Positions 39,595 to 51,200 of a DNA stretch of 64,000 nt are shown here, in pieces (the stretch's first letter is position 1; each line of letters opens with the position of its first letter). The notes below the pieces were generated by a model. It did not search any database. It was not told the DNA's origin and was given only the letters and a program-made list of their open reading frames with translations. Both the position numbers and the translations under genes were made by a program. The stretch comes from Balanoglossus misakiensis (taxonomy: Eukaryota > Animalia > Hemichordata), in assembly GCA_040954595.2 (NCBI GenBank), contig CM082579.2, positions 14,137,834 through 14,201,833 on the forward strand, given 5' to 3'.

Positions 39595-42500
39595 ATGTCG
39601 AGGGTCGTGCGCGGTCCATACAAGTGTTACCTAAATGATACCGAAGTCAGTATTCCAAAGAGAACCTTGTTTAGATGGCGAATTCGCAATAAACATGGTT
39701 TAGAGGTAAGTGTAGCTCTTTTTTACCACGGCCTGAAGTATGCGCCGCGCTTGCTGCAGCTGCAGTTCCGTAGCCTGCAACATTCCTCGATGTGTGTGTG
39801 TTACGGAAAGGTGCCCCTTCCGTAACACACACATCGAGGAAAGTTGCTGGCTACGGAACTGCAGCAAGCGCCGGGCGAAAACTGGCATTGTCTGTCATTT
39901 CTCGGTGATTGTTATAATTATAGGGTGTCATAGGTAGTGTATGCATTTTATTTCTGTTCTTTTTGGTTTTATTAAAGTCCAAAAGGCTAGCTTGTACATC
40001 TCCAACTCTTTGTCTAAATATAGCAGCATTTATGCTGCTGCAGTATTTTTTTAATTGAAAAATAATTTAGTACTACGAATATTGAGGGAAAAAAAACAAA
40101 AAAAAACAGGTCATTACTGACACCAGCCTACTTTTCTTTATAAGAACTATTAAAGCATTAGCACTTTCCTCTGAGATTTAGAATCAAATGATGTAATATG
40201 CATTATGTAGTCCCGCTATACTGAAATACATATCTTAACCACATTCTATTCATATCTTTCAGACTGATGATATCGCCATCGACACTGACAGTTGTTCTGT
40301 AAATAGTGACTACCAATCTGAAAGTGGCAATGATGAATATTTATATGATGGTAACGCCTCTCATGACAGTTATCGAAGTGGACTAACTTTCTCTCACAGA
40401 GATACAGACATTGATGAATACAGCACTACAGAACCAGACACAGATGACTATTTATCAGCCGACGAAACATCAGATGATCAGACATCATTCATCATAGATG
40501 ACCAAGTACCAGCTCAGGAAACGTCACATGTCAACTTACTGAGTGACGGAAGTGGAGAGATTGAAGAAAGTGAAGAAATTATACACACACGCATATCAAA
40601 CAAAAACACTAATGGGACGGGCACAGGAGAAAGTGGTGATGAATTGGTAGGTTCTGCTTTTGACTTTAAAAATTTTATGGTTGCCAATTTGAATTTTGTG
40701 CGGTAACTTACCTTAATCACTTATGATCTATGACTTTTTACATTATTTTGATGATTTACTTTCAAAGTAAGTGTACTTACTGAAGGGTGTGCATTTACAA
40801 CTTGAAAAAGTGGACATGGTGCAATATACACATTGATTCCTTGACAGAAACATGACAGTGATACACACCAAAATGTCTCTATTCTTTTAGCAATGTGACC
40901 AACTTTTGATCATCGGAAATTTAAAAATTGTTTATTTGTTTAGCTATTACAACATCGTTTAGTATTCCACTAATCAATCTGTTTTATATGTTAATGCAAC
41001 TTAATACACATCGTTATTATAAAATACAAGTATGAAAGCTAGTGTCTCTATGGTTGTGAATGCATTTATTTTAATTCTCAAGGAGGCCTATTATTTAGAG
41101 CATGACCCCTGTTTTCAAAATCTGGTGATCAATGCATAAGAGATCAGAGCCTGTTTTCACAAGGTCAAATCAAGGTTAAATGTGTCAGTCCTGTGAGTGT
41201 GACCATTGCATTGTTCATGTTATTTCTGGTTGTCCTATTTTTCTAAATGTACTACTATTTTTCTAATTCTCAGGGAGCTGAAGAAGGAACTGGAGAGATG
41301 AATGTCACAACAGAACAGCTTTGTCTACTTCTCCAGGCTTTTGTCCTCAGACACCGACTTACGAAAGATGCTCTCAAAGACTTGTTGCACGTCATTAACC
41401 TGATAGCACCAGAAACTGTACCAGCAACACCATACTTTTTTAAGAACTGTTTTGCTGAGACAGCTGTGTCGTGTAAGAAGCACTTCTATTGCTGTAGTTG
41501 TATGGCATATCTTGGTGCCGAGGGCGAAATTCAAACTGACACCACTTGTGGTAGCTGTAATGAGCCTTTCAGTGAGCAAATATCTGTAGCAAATAACAAT
41601 TTTTTCATTGTAATGCCAATCAAGGACCAACTTGTAGATTTATTAGAAAATCAGAATATTAATAGTGAATTGTCAGTTTCAACTTTATTGGATGGCTCCA
41701 TTTATCAAGATCTCCTTGAAAATGGTATCATAAGAGATAATGACTTAACCCTTCTCTGGAATTGTGATGGGGTCCCTGCCTTTAAGTCCTCTGGTTTCTC
41801 AATATGGCCCATTCAGTGTGTAGTGACAGAACTGACTCCAAAATGTCAAAAACAAAATATTCTCATGCCTGGCCTATGGTTTGGTCAATCCAAACCACAG
41901 ATGGATTGTTTTTTGGCACCATTTGGTGAAGAATGTGTGAAATTGGGTAATGATGGTTTTACCTGGAGAAATCAAAGTTCTGGTGAGATAATCACAACAT
42001 GTGTCCATGTGTTATTGTGTTCTTCTGATTCAGCTGCCAGGCCTTTGATGCGCAATTGCAAACAGTATAATTGGCAGTATGGATGTGACTGGTGCCTGCA
42101 CCCAGGGGAATACATAGCAAAGGGCAATGGTCATGCACGTGTATATAGTGTACAGGATCTTCCTCATCCTGAGTTGAGGAATAACGATCAGTATGAGGAT
42201 TGTTGTAGGCAGGCGGTTGAAAGAGACCGACCAATATTGGGTGTGAAGGGACCCAGTGTGTGTATGTTGCTTCCCAATTTCGACATTGTGAAAGGGTTTG
42301 TTCCTGATTATTTGCATTGTGTTTTATTAGGGGTTGTCAGGCAAATCACCTCACTTTGGCTTGACAGTGAAAACAAGCAGAAACCCTGGTACTTAGCCCC
42401 TGCTAAACAACGTGTAATTAATTCCCGTTTGGTGCAGCAGTTTCCTCCAAATGAAATAACCAGGACACCACGATCGTTAGATTACAGAAAGTATTGGAAA

Positions 42501-43490
42501 GGTTCGGAGTGGAGGGCATTTCTCCTTTTCTATTCTTTAATTGTTCTGAGAGGTGTGTTACCTGCAGTTTTTTCTGAACCATTGGTTTTTGCTGGTTTTT
42601 GGAATCCACACGTTACTTCAGGAAAAAGTAACAGCCCGCTCTGTTGATCTGGCAGAGCAGGCAATCAGAAAGTTTGTGACTCAAACTGAATGCCTTTATG
42701 GGAAAGAAGTGATGTCATTTAATATGCACATTCTACTGCATTTGTCTAGTAGTGTTAGGGAATGGGCACCTCTCTGGGCTACATCTTCCTTTGTGTTTGA
42801 AAGTCACAATGGTGTAATCATGAAGCTATTTCAGGGTACTCAAAGTGTGCCTTCACAGATATCAAACACATTCTGTCTGTGGAGTGATTTATCAAGAAGA
42901 TCCACAATTATACCACAGGATAGTGATCTGAGGCCACTATTTGACAAATTGTCTAGAGGAATTGTGCATTTAAAGAGGGACTTTCATAGCTGCTCAGGGG
43001 TTGTGGCCATGGGAGCTGCTGACAAACGGATATAAGATTGACAGACAGGTTAGCTGTAGAGGAGGCTGTGGGCCACCCTATCTTGAATGTGAACGCCAAA
43101 TATTACAAGAGATTCACTATATCAGGTGCTGTGTTCACAACAAGTAGCTACACTAGGGCAGCAAAGAGAACGAACCATTATTTTCAGGGACAAGATGAGC
43201 AATTGTATGTAATAAGAAACCTTGTAATTCTTAGGCTAGGTTGCATATGCCAAGGTGATTGTCACTGTAATGAAAGATCATTCCTGATAGCCAGTAGGTG
43301 TTTAAGTGGGAGGTCAATGTTTGTTGACAATGAAATTGGCATACAGTGTACACATGTAAAACCACTGCGTGAGATTTCACATGAAAGAATTGCTGTGCGA
43401 CCGTCGTTTTTGAGACGTAAATGTGTAGTTCTTGGAATGGGTGAGTCAATTTACCTCTCACCACTCCCCAACCCTTTTGAAAGGGACTGA
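39595..43490 (+). CDS. CACTA/EnSpm-type (Tnp2 / Transposase_21-like) DDE transposase; exons 39595-39705, 40263-40646 and 41274-43490; two frameshifts (~42570, ~43033)
   Basis: Phase-0 GT-AG introns. RGPYK..IP..T..RW N-terminal motif, acidic exon 2, and Zn-ribbon YCCSC...CGSC. Catalytic-type motifs NCDG...SIWP, SSDSAAR, YGCDWC, PDYLH, WKGSEWR, FNMHILLHL and FVFESHNG; C-terminal LPNPFERD. AATAAA at ~43627. Confidence 0.9.
39747..39871. other. Near-perfect ~55-bp-stem hairpin in transposase intron 1
   Basis: GCGCTTGCTGCAG..TTCCGTAGCCTGCAACATTCCTCGATGTGTGTGTGTTACGGAA, 9-nt loop, then TTCCGTAACACACACATCGAGGAAAGTTGCTGGCTACGGAACTGCAGCAAGCGC. Confidence 0.9.
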
Positions 43491-43816
43491 TAAGGGCTGC
43501 AAAAAAAGTATGTAGGTAGCAAACACTTACCCCAGTACTGTAGTTGAGAGTCCGTTTCTTCTGATTTGTATTTATATACAGATTTGTATATGTACCAGTG
43601 TTTTGCAGATATCATTTTGAAATTGTAATAAATGAATTATTTACAGAGACATATTTGTCAAGTATTCATTCACAATATAAAATAGAATGATTAAGAATGA
43701 ATAGCTGTGTGTTTGAGCTGAATGTATACTGGTATCTGTTTGCTCGGGGTGAACTGGTTACTTTCCATGGCCAAACGATACAATCTTCGCCTAAATCAAA
43801 ATCCTTAGCGTCCGGT

Positions 43817-45045
43817 CATGGTTGGCAATATTTTTCAATAGAAAATCTATTGACGGCAATAGAATTCAATAGAGACAGTGGATTTTTGTTAAAATACACT
43901 GTTCACATTGAAATGTATGTAGTTGGGGCAAACCTGACAAACTCTTTGTCATTTTGTGATGATTATGTGCACACATTTGCTAAAAACTAGGGGAAAATGT
44001 CTCTTTCACCTATTTCATGGTTGGCAATATTTTTCAATAGAAAATCTATTGACGGCAATAAAATTCAATAGAGTCAGTGGATTTTTGTTAAAATACACTG
44101 TTCACAGTGAAATATATGTAGTTGGGCCAAACCTGACAAATTCATTTGTCGTTTTGTGTTGATTATGTGCACACATTTGCTAAAAACTAGGGGAAAATGT
44201 TTCTTTCACCTATTTCATAGTTGGCAATATTTTTCAATAGAAAATCTATTGACGGCAATAGAATTCAATAGAGACAGTGGATTTTTGTTAAAATACACTG
44301 TTCACAGTGAAATGTATGTAGTTGGGGCAAACCTGACAAATTCCTTTGTCATTTTGTGATGATTATGTGCACACATTTGCTAAAAACTAGGGAAAAATAT
44401 TTCTTTCAACCATTTCAAGGTTGACAATATTTTTCAATAGAAAATCTATTGACGGCAATAGAATTCAATAGAGTCAGTGGATTTTTGTTAAAATACACTG
44501 TTCACAGTGAAATATATGTAGTTGGGCCAAACCTGACAAATTCATTTGTCGTTTTGTGTTGATTATGTGCACACATTTGCTAAAAACTAGGGGAAAATGT
44601 TTCTTTCACCTATTTCATGGTTGGCAATATTTTTCAATAGAAAATCTATTGACGGCAATAGAATTCAATAGAGACAGTGGATTTTTGTTAAAATACACTG
44701 TTCACAGTGAAATGTATGTAGTTGGGGCAAACCTGACAAATTCCTTTGTCGTTTTGTGTTGATTATGTGCACACATTTGCTAAAAACTAGGGGAAAATGT
44801 TTCTTTCACCTATTTCATGGTTGGCAATATTTTTCAATAGAAAATATATTGACATCAATAGAATTCAATAGAGTCTGTGGATTTCTGTTAAAATATACTT
44901 TGTTCACAGTGAAATATGTGTAATGGGGGCAAATCTTACAAATTGCTTTGTCATTGTATGATAATCATGTTAAAACCTATTAAAATCATTTTTCACTTAT
45001 TTCATGCTAGGTAATATTTTCAATAGAAAATCTATTGACGGCTAG
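43817..45045. repeat. Right subterminal array: 200-bp tandem repeat, ~6 copies
   Basis: Units start at about 43817, 44016, 44216, 44416, 44616, 44816 and a partial one at ~45003; each contains TTTCAATAGAAAATCTATTGACGGCAATAGAATTCAATAGAG. Confidence 0.95.
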
Positions 45046-48000
45046 TTTAATGGAAATCATCTGTATAATTCTATAGAAAATAATATTCTATTGATTTTCT
45101 ATTGAATTCTACACGTTTCTATAGAGGTCTATAGAGTTCTATACAACCTTTTTCGTAAGGGTTGAAATGTGTTTTACATCTAAATGCATCGTTTTGGGAA
45201 CATTTTCTAGTATGTATGTGATTATTAAATTGAACTTGTATATTTGCTGGGGCAACTAAATTTTCAGTAAAGATAAGGAATGCCCAATGTTCGGATTGTC
45301 TTCAAAAAGATGACAACAACTCAAGTCCCAAAAACTCTTTTGTTTTTAAGTTTGAATTGTAGTTGTCACATCATTAACGACTTCACATGTGAATGCCAAA
45401 TTTCGATTCTTAGCAAATGTTGTATTTTCACAGAGAGGAGTCCATTTCTCAATCATATCACCCCGCAAACTGCCTGAACTCCAAAAACTTAACTTCAAAG
45501 CATTTGTTGAAGTACAGATGGTACCAATGAAGGATTATGCGGCTGATCCACACCACATGATACTTCTCAAAGGTTATCAACTTGCAGGTAGGTATCTGTT
45601 GCTACGCAAATATTTGCAATCATACCATGATCTAGATTCTAAAGTTCACTGGTCAAATATATAACTTGTTTACGTGGTCATTTACAACCAATTCATCATT
45701 TTGTGGCTTGTTAAGATTTCCAGTACTCTAAATTGGTACTTCAATAAAATGGTTGTAATATATTTATTAATATTTATTACACATCACGTATTATTATGCA
45801 CTCCTGGTTGGCTAATACTAAATATGACAGAAATTCATGACCTGTGCACACGATCTGAGGCTTATGGAAGTTATTGTCGTGAGTGATGCAGTGTATTCTG
45901 TTGCAGTACTTTCACAAGCCAGCCTATTATTCCCCATCATTTCATTGCATGGCCAATTAATTACACATCCTCCTGAAAATTGTTGGAAGGTGGGCAGTCA
46001 ATTTCCATGGTTACATCCTGGATGAAACACTGGTACAGGTTCAAGACAAGTTTAGTGACATTGTGTGAATCCACAGCAGAATTTCACATAGCTCTGGTAT
46101 GACCTCAAATCCTCTCAAATCAACTGTTGGAAGTTCATCTTTAGGTAAAGTCTCCAGTGTTGCTTCCCAGCCATTGTCAAATTAAGTCCACACACAATTA
46201 GACCACCAAGTGTAGTGTGAGATATAGTAGAATTATTAAGAGTATTGCCGTGTTGATCTTCAGTACAATATGAGTTAAAGTTATATAGCACTTTGTGATC
46301 AGAAATTGACTCAACCAAGTCAACCCCAGATGCAGGGCCAAGGTAGAGGATATTGGTGCAGTTAGTGAAATATGAGAATGCAAAATTTAAGTATAGCGTA
46401 ACAGCTGTCTCCTTTGATATGCGAACATTTCCTGTCACAGAAAATTCCCGTTTTACAGTATATAAATATATCAACTAGATATTTTTACTGCAGGTGCCAC
46501 ACCAAGTCATCTGTCACCTGGACAACCAAGTCAAATTGGAAGTCCGTCTCAACAACATCTGTCATCCTCTCAACAGAAACTGAGTCAGTCCCAGATGCAG
46601 GGCCAAGGTCAAAGGTCATCAATGCCTTTTGCCCAGCCTACCAGTTTACCAAACCAACCAGTATCCACTGTCACAGCAAACAGGACACAACAACCCAATG
46701 TGACTGTTTCAAGTATCCCCATGAGACAATTTTGTCCACCCAGGTACAGTTGTGGTCTACCTTCTACTTTATGAGATTCAAATTAGCTGTTTCTAGTTAC
46801 CCATCCTGTGAATTGAAAGCTTTTTATGACTGTTTCACATAGCCTTGTGTTACCATTTTCTATACAGTAAACTATTGTTTCAAAACACATTCAAAACTTC
46901 TGTTTTGGTTGCTAGAAACCCACTCTGTGAATGCAAAGACTCTTTTGGATAATGCCAGAGACTCAGTGATCAATTTAAATTTTTAATGAGATGTGTGTTG
47001 AAAATAGGACTTTGAGAGTTGCAAGCTCAACATCGAATCAAAAATTGAAGTCATGAATTTAAAATGGGGTTTTGAATACTGGCCTTGATAATGCTTCATA
47101 TTAACTAGGTTTGTTACTCTTTTTGGACAGGCAACTTCACCACCAAAGATGACTTCCCAGCATGCACCAGCTGCTGCACTGTAAGCCACAGAGGGTGTCA
47201 TGCAAATGGTAAATGCTAGTCAGTTCAGTAAGATGCCACCAATTGCTGCTGTGAATTCTATCAACTCACAGCCAGAGCAGAGATGGCCAGGTACAGATTC
47301 ACAGCCACAAAGAGGTAGGTACAGTCAAACCTGTCTATACTGGCCAGTCAAGGGACTTCCAAAACTGACATTTATAGACAGGTGGCTTCTATAGACAGTT
47401 CAATAAATGTGCAATGTACATGTACATGAAATGAAACAAAGTTGCCACTACATAGAGGTTGCAACAAACACATAGTTGACTGTCATATATGTTATGTTGC
47501 CATGGCAGTCATTTACCATGAGTTCGATTATACATTGCCAAAACCGGAGGAAAAAATATTCAAGTTCCCCTTTTCATATTCTCCATCAATGGTATAATAC
47601 GCCAGTGTCATGACCACACACAACTTCCACCCTGCTTGTAGCCACGAGAGTGAAAAAACCTCACCAATATGAACAATCGGTCTCTATCATTTATTCATTT
47701 TGGGCGAGTTCTTATGCTCATATCATTCAAGCGGGATGGAAATTGTGTATGGTTGAACATTCATTCACTACATATACATATGTACATTAATATAAAATGT
47801 CTCTTGTATCAAACATAATGGAAAAAAGGGCAGCAAGAGAGAGACTTTGTCCCTTTAATAGAAATGTGCATGTAATATTTTATTCAAACCATCACTTCTG
47901 TCTTGAACAATCTTTCCTTAATAGAGTGGTGTACTGATTAGAGAGATGTCTTATTGACAGGTTTCACTGTATTACCAACATTTTCAGTTCCATAATCCTT

Positions 48001-50317
48001 CAGTGTTTGCCAGAAAATTTGACAGCAGTCAAAAACTTTCTCTGCCATACTCACAATAAGAGAAAGCTTGCACCTGTGTTTTACTGTTAAATTACCATAC
48101 CACAAAAAAACAGGTTGTTTTTGCAAGCAATAAATTTTTCGCAAAATATGCGAGAATCAACAAACGTGAAAATAAAAAGTCACGTAAAATGTTTTTCGGA
48201 GATAAAGATGCAATGAAATACGAGAATGTGAAAATTAATCCTCGCGTAACAGTTTGGTCTTTTAATGTCGCGAAAAATTTCCTTTCATGAAAATAATCTG
48301 TTTTACAGTCCGGTAATATTGAAGGTCAGAATGCTTTTGATGAGAGAACAATACACCAGTTGCAAAGTATCTTGACAAACATGAAATGATTGAATTCTCC
48401 GAAGAAGATATAATCTCGCAGTTGGTGTGTTGTTTCCTCATCAAAAGCATTCTGACCTTCAATATTATTCTGTTGAGCTATACATGCAATCTAGTCTATA
48501 TATGTTCAGAGGTGATTATATCATCCATAATAGATCCTAAATACTAAAAGAGCATAAAATGACTGCGACAGATACTTTGTAAGTTGTAACAGGTGGGAAA
48601 TAAGAATTTGGATAACACAGTATTTTGGCTATTGTTGGGGAGCATGAATAAGTGATTTTGGAACCCCATGTAACACCTGTCTTACCATTAATATGACTGC
48701 ATTGATGGTACCATGAGGAATGCTAGTAAAATGACTGGGGAACCCTGGTTACATTACCCTGATCATCACTATGGTTCAGTCCAAAAGCATTGTTTTCTAT
48801 GTTAAGGTTGGACCTCTGAAGAGGAAATTGGGGTGGAAGGGTAAGAAAAAACACTGACTGACAATACTGCCAATAACGAAATATTGTTTTTCTCTTCTCT
48901 TTGCATACAGCACACAAGAACAGAAACCTTGTATATTGATCTGCAACTCTCCTCCACATCCCTTGCCAAGTCGAGATAGTATTAATTACAGTGGATTTAC
49001 TGCAGATCAATTGACTGCCATGTTGGGTAAGGTAAGCGATGTAAAACATTTCATACAACACTGCCTACTAACAATAGTCATATCAATCTGACAAGGGAAG
49101 ATGAAAACAAAAACATCTTTTCAAACTAGCTTACTGTGCGGACCAATTTCATTAAGCCCCATTTAACAGGAATTCTGGTTTTATAATTAACTTTGATTGA
49201 TTGACATGTGTTTTACATCTAAATGCATCGCTTTGGGAACATTTTCTAGTATGTATGAGATTATTAAATTGAACTTGTATATTTGCTGAGGGCAACTAAA
49301 TTTTCAGTAAAGATGAGGAATGCTCAATGTTTTGATTGTCTTCAAAATGATGACAACAACTCAAGTCTCAAAAACTCTTTGTTTTGAATTTTGAATTGTT
49401 TTTGTTGCATCAGTAACGACTTCACATGTGGATGCCACATTTGATTCTTAGCAAATGTTGTATTTTGACAGAGAGGAGTCCATTCCTCAATCATATCACC
49501 CCGCAAACGGCCTGAACTCCAAAAACTTAGCGACAAAGCGTGAAATACAGATGGTACCTATGAAGGATTATGCGGCTGATCCACACCACATGATACTTCT
49601 CAAAGATTATCAACTTGCTGGTAGGTATATGTTGCTATGCAAATATTTGCAATCATACCATCCAGATTCTAAAGTTCACAGGTCAAATATATAACTTGTT
49701 TACGTGGCCATTTACAACCAATTCATCATTTTGTGGTTTGTTAAGATTTTCATTACTCTAAATTGGTACTTCCATAAAATGGTTGTAATATTTATTACAC
49801 ATCACGTATTGTTATGCGCTCCTGGTTGGCTAATACTAAATATGACAGAACTTCATGACCTCTGCACACGATCTGAGGCTTATGGAAGTTATTGTCGCGA
49901 GTGATGCAGTGTATTCTGTTGCAGTACTTTCACAAGCCAGCCTATTATTTCCCATCATGTCAATGCCTGGCCAATTAATTACACATCCTCCTGAAAATTG
50001 TTGGTAGGTGGGCAATCAATTTCCTTGGTTACATCCTGGATGAAACACTGGTACAGGTTCAAGGCAAGTTTAGTGACATTGTGTGATTCCACATCAGAAT
50101 TTCACATCAACTGTATAATCCTCCAATTTTGTGTTTCAGAAAAATTGGTGTCCAGTGGTGATACAAAAGAGGTTGCCATAGACAAACCTACAACCATAGC
50201 AACCACTTCAGTGTCTACAACCACTACCACAACACAGCCACTGAAACCCGCATCAACAGTTACCATGTTTACAGCATCTACCTCCAGTATGACCTCAAAT
50301 CCTCTCAAATCAAATGT

Positions 50318-50784
50318 TAGTCTCGGTTACCCAGATGCCTTTGCTTCTTCCGATGCTCTCCAGAAAAGGGTCTGGGGAAATGCTATTGAAAGCTTTGTAA
50401 AACAAAATGGCCGATGTCAGGATTTTGATCATCGCCTGATTGGCTGAGCTGTCAGTATGACCCGGGTCACTGGCTCTCAACAATGTGTGATTTTTTGTCG
50501 TCTCTTCATATCAAGAGACCGGTACTTGTTGGTTGATGCGAAAGGCAAAAGGCGTCCTCTGTTAGCATTGTTGGAGAAATTATACGAAATATCTTTGGTA
50601 GACGATTGTCGAAACTATTGCGGTGACCCGGGTCATACTGACAGCTCAGCCAATCAGGCGATGATCAAAATCCTGACATCGGCCATTTTGTTTTACAAAG
50701 CTTTCAATAGCATTTCCCCAATTTCCCCAGACTCTTTTCTGGAGAGCATCGGAAGAAGCAAAGGCGTCTGGGTAACCGAGACAA
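50318..50784. mobile_element. 467-bp MITE with ~150-bp TIRs and 9-bp TSD, inserted in an exon
   Basis: TAGTCTCGGTTACCCAGA...TCTGGGTAACCGAGACAA; flanks ATCAAATGT (50309-50317) and ATCAACTGT (50785-50793). The empty site is in the paralog at ~46111-46130. Confidence 0.88.
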
Positions 50785-51144
50785 ATCAACTGTTGGAAGT
50801 TCATCCCCAGGTAAAGTCTCCAGTGTTGCTTCCCAGCCATTGTCAATTTAAGTCCGCACATAATTAGACCACCAAGTGAAGTGTGAGATATAGTAGAATA
50901 TTGCCATGTTGATCTTCACTACAAGTTAGTTAAAGTTATATAGCACTCTGTGATCAACGAGTTGAAAATACAGCATGAGTTTTCGGGGACATGTAGTCCC
51001 CTTCATCAGATGCACACGTGGAATGAACAGAGAAACAGAGAATCATGGGGTATTCAAAGTAGGAAATATGTGCAGGACCAGGTGCATCAGAAATTTTTCC
51101 TGCAGTGGATTTTCTATCTGAGGATGGTGACTTCATGACCGAAA

Positions 51145-51200
51145 TTTTGTGTCCGTGAGCAAGGCACTTTACTTCTCATTGCTCTGAGGAGACTCATGGC
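51145..51200 (+). mobile_element. SINE fragment with CORE-like domain
   Basis: TTGTGTCCGTGAGCAAGGCACTTTACTTCTCATTGC resembles the conserved central domain of CORE-type SINEs. Confidence 0.5.

Larger units (their letters stand above)
34066..45161 (+). mobile_element. Full-length 11,096-bp CACTA/EnSpm-type (CMC superfamily) DNA transposon with two divergent genes
   Basis: Perfect 14-bp TIR CCCTTACGAAAAAG / CTTTTTCGTAAGGG and 2-bp TSD TT (34064-34065, 45162-45163). The empty site CTTTGATTGA-TT-GACATGTG is present in the paralog at ~49191-49210. Subterminal repeats lie at both ends and a Tnp2-like transposase lies inside. Confidence 0.93.
31618..47314 (+). pseudogene. MED25: Mediator subunit 25 partial pseudogene, copy 1 (VWA-domain exons 31618-31716, 33799-33918 and 45434-45587; linker exons ~46494-46742 and 47131-47314)
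   Basis: AG/GT-bounded exons translate to LLSGAGEKYGMISEGLSTALQLFDDMKRL, KHCILI/NSPPYPLPSQGSINYSGFTVEQLAAMLGE and RGVHFSIISPRKLPELQKL...DYAADPHHMILLKGYQL, matching the MED25 VWA motifs IAEGLSTALQLFDD, LICNSPPY, RGIHFSIVSPRKLP and DPRHMVL. There is a TAG and a 1-bp deletion in exon 33799-33918 and a TAA at 47182. No first exons or ACID domain were found. Confidence 0.9.

Noticed and set aside
41083-41124. Possible extra micro-exon of the transposase (EAYYLEHDPCFQNL)
   Set aside because: The donor is weak (GTGATC) and the exon is not needed for frame continuity; it cannot be supported without RNA data.
42560-42580. Programmed ribosomal frameshift in the transposase
   Set aside because: No such mechanism is known for CACTA transposases, the shift splits the DDE core, and other lesions exist; mutation or a homopolymer error is simpler.
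43697-44762. Repeated ~68-aa ORFs (..WQYFSIENLL..)
   Set aside because: Products of the 200-bp subterminal repeat; 200 is not a multiple of 3 and no domain is recognisable.
49998-50867. The same peptide (LGYPDAFASSDALQKRVWGN...) encoded on both strands
   Set aside because: This results from the ~150-bp TIRs of the MITE, not from a gene.
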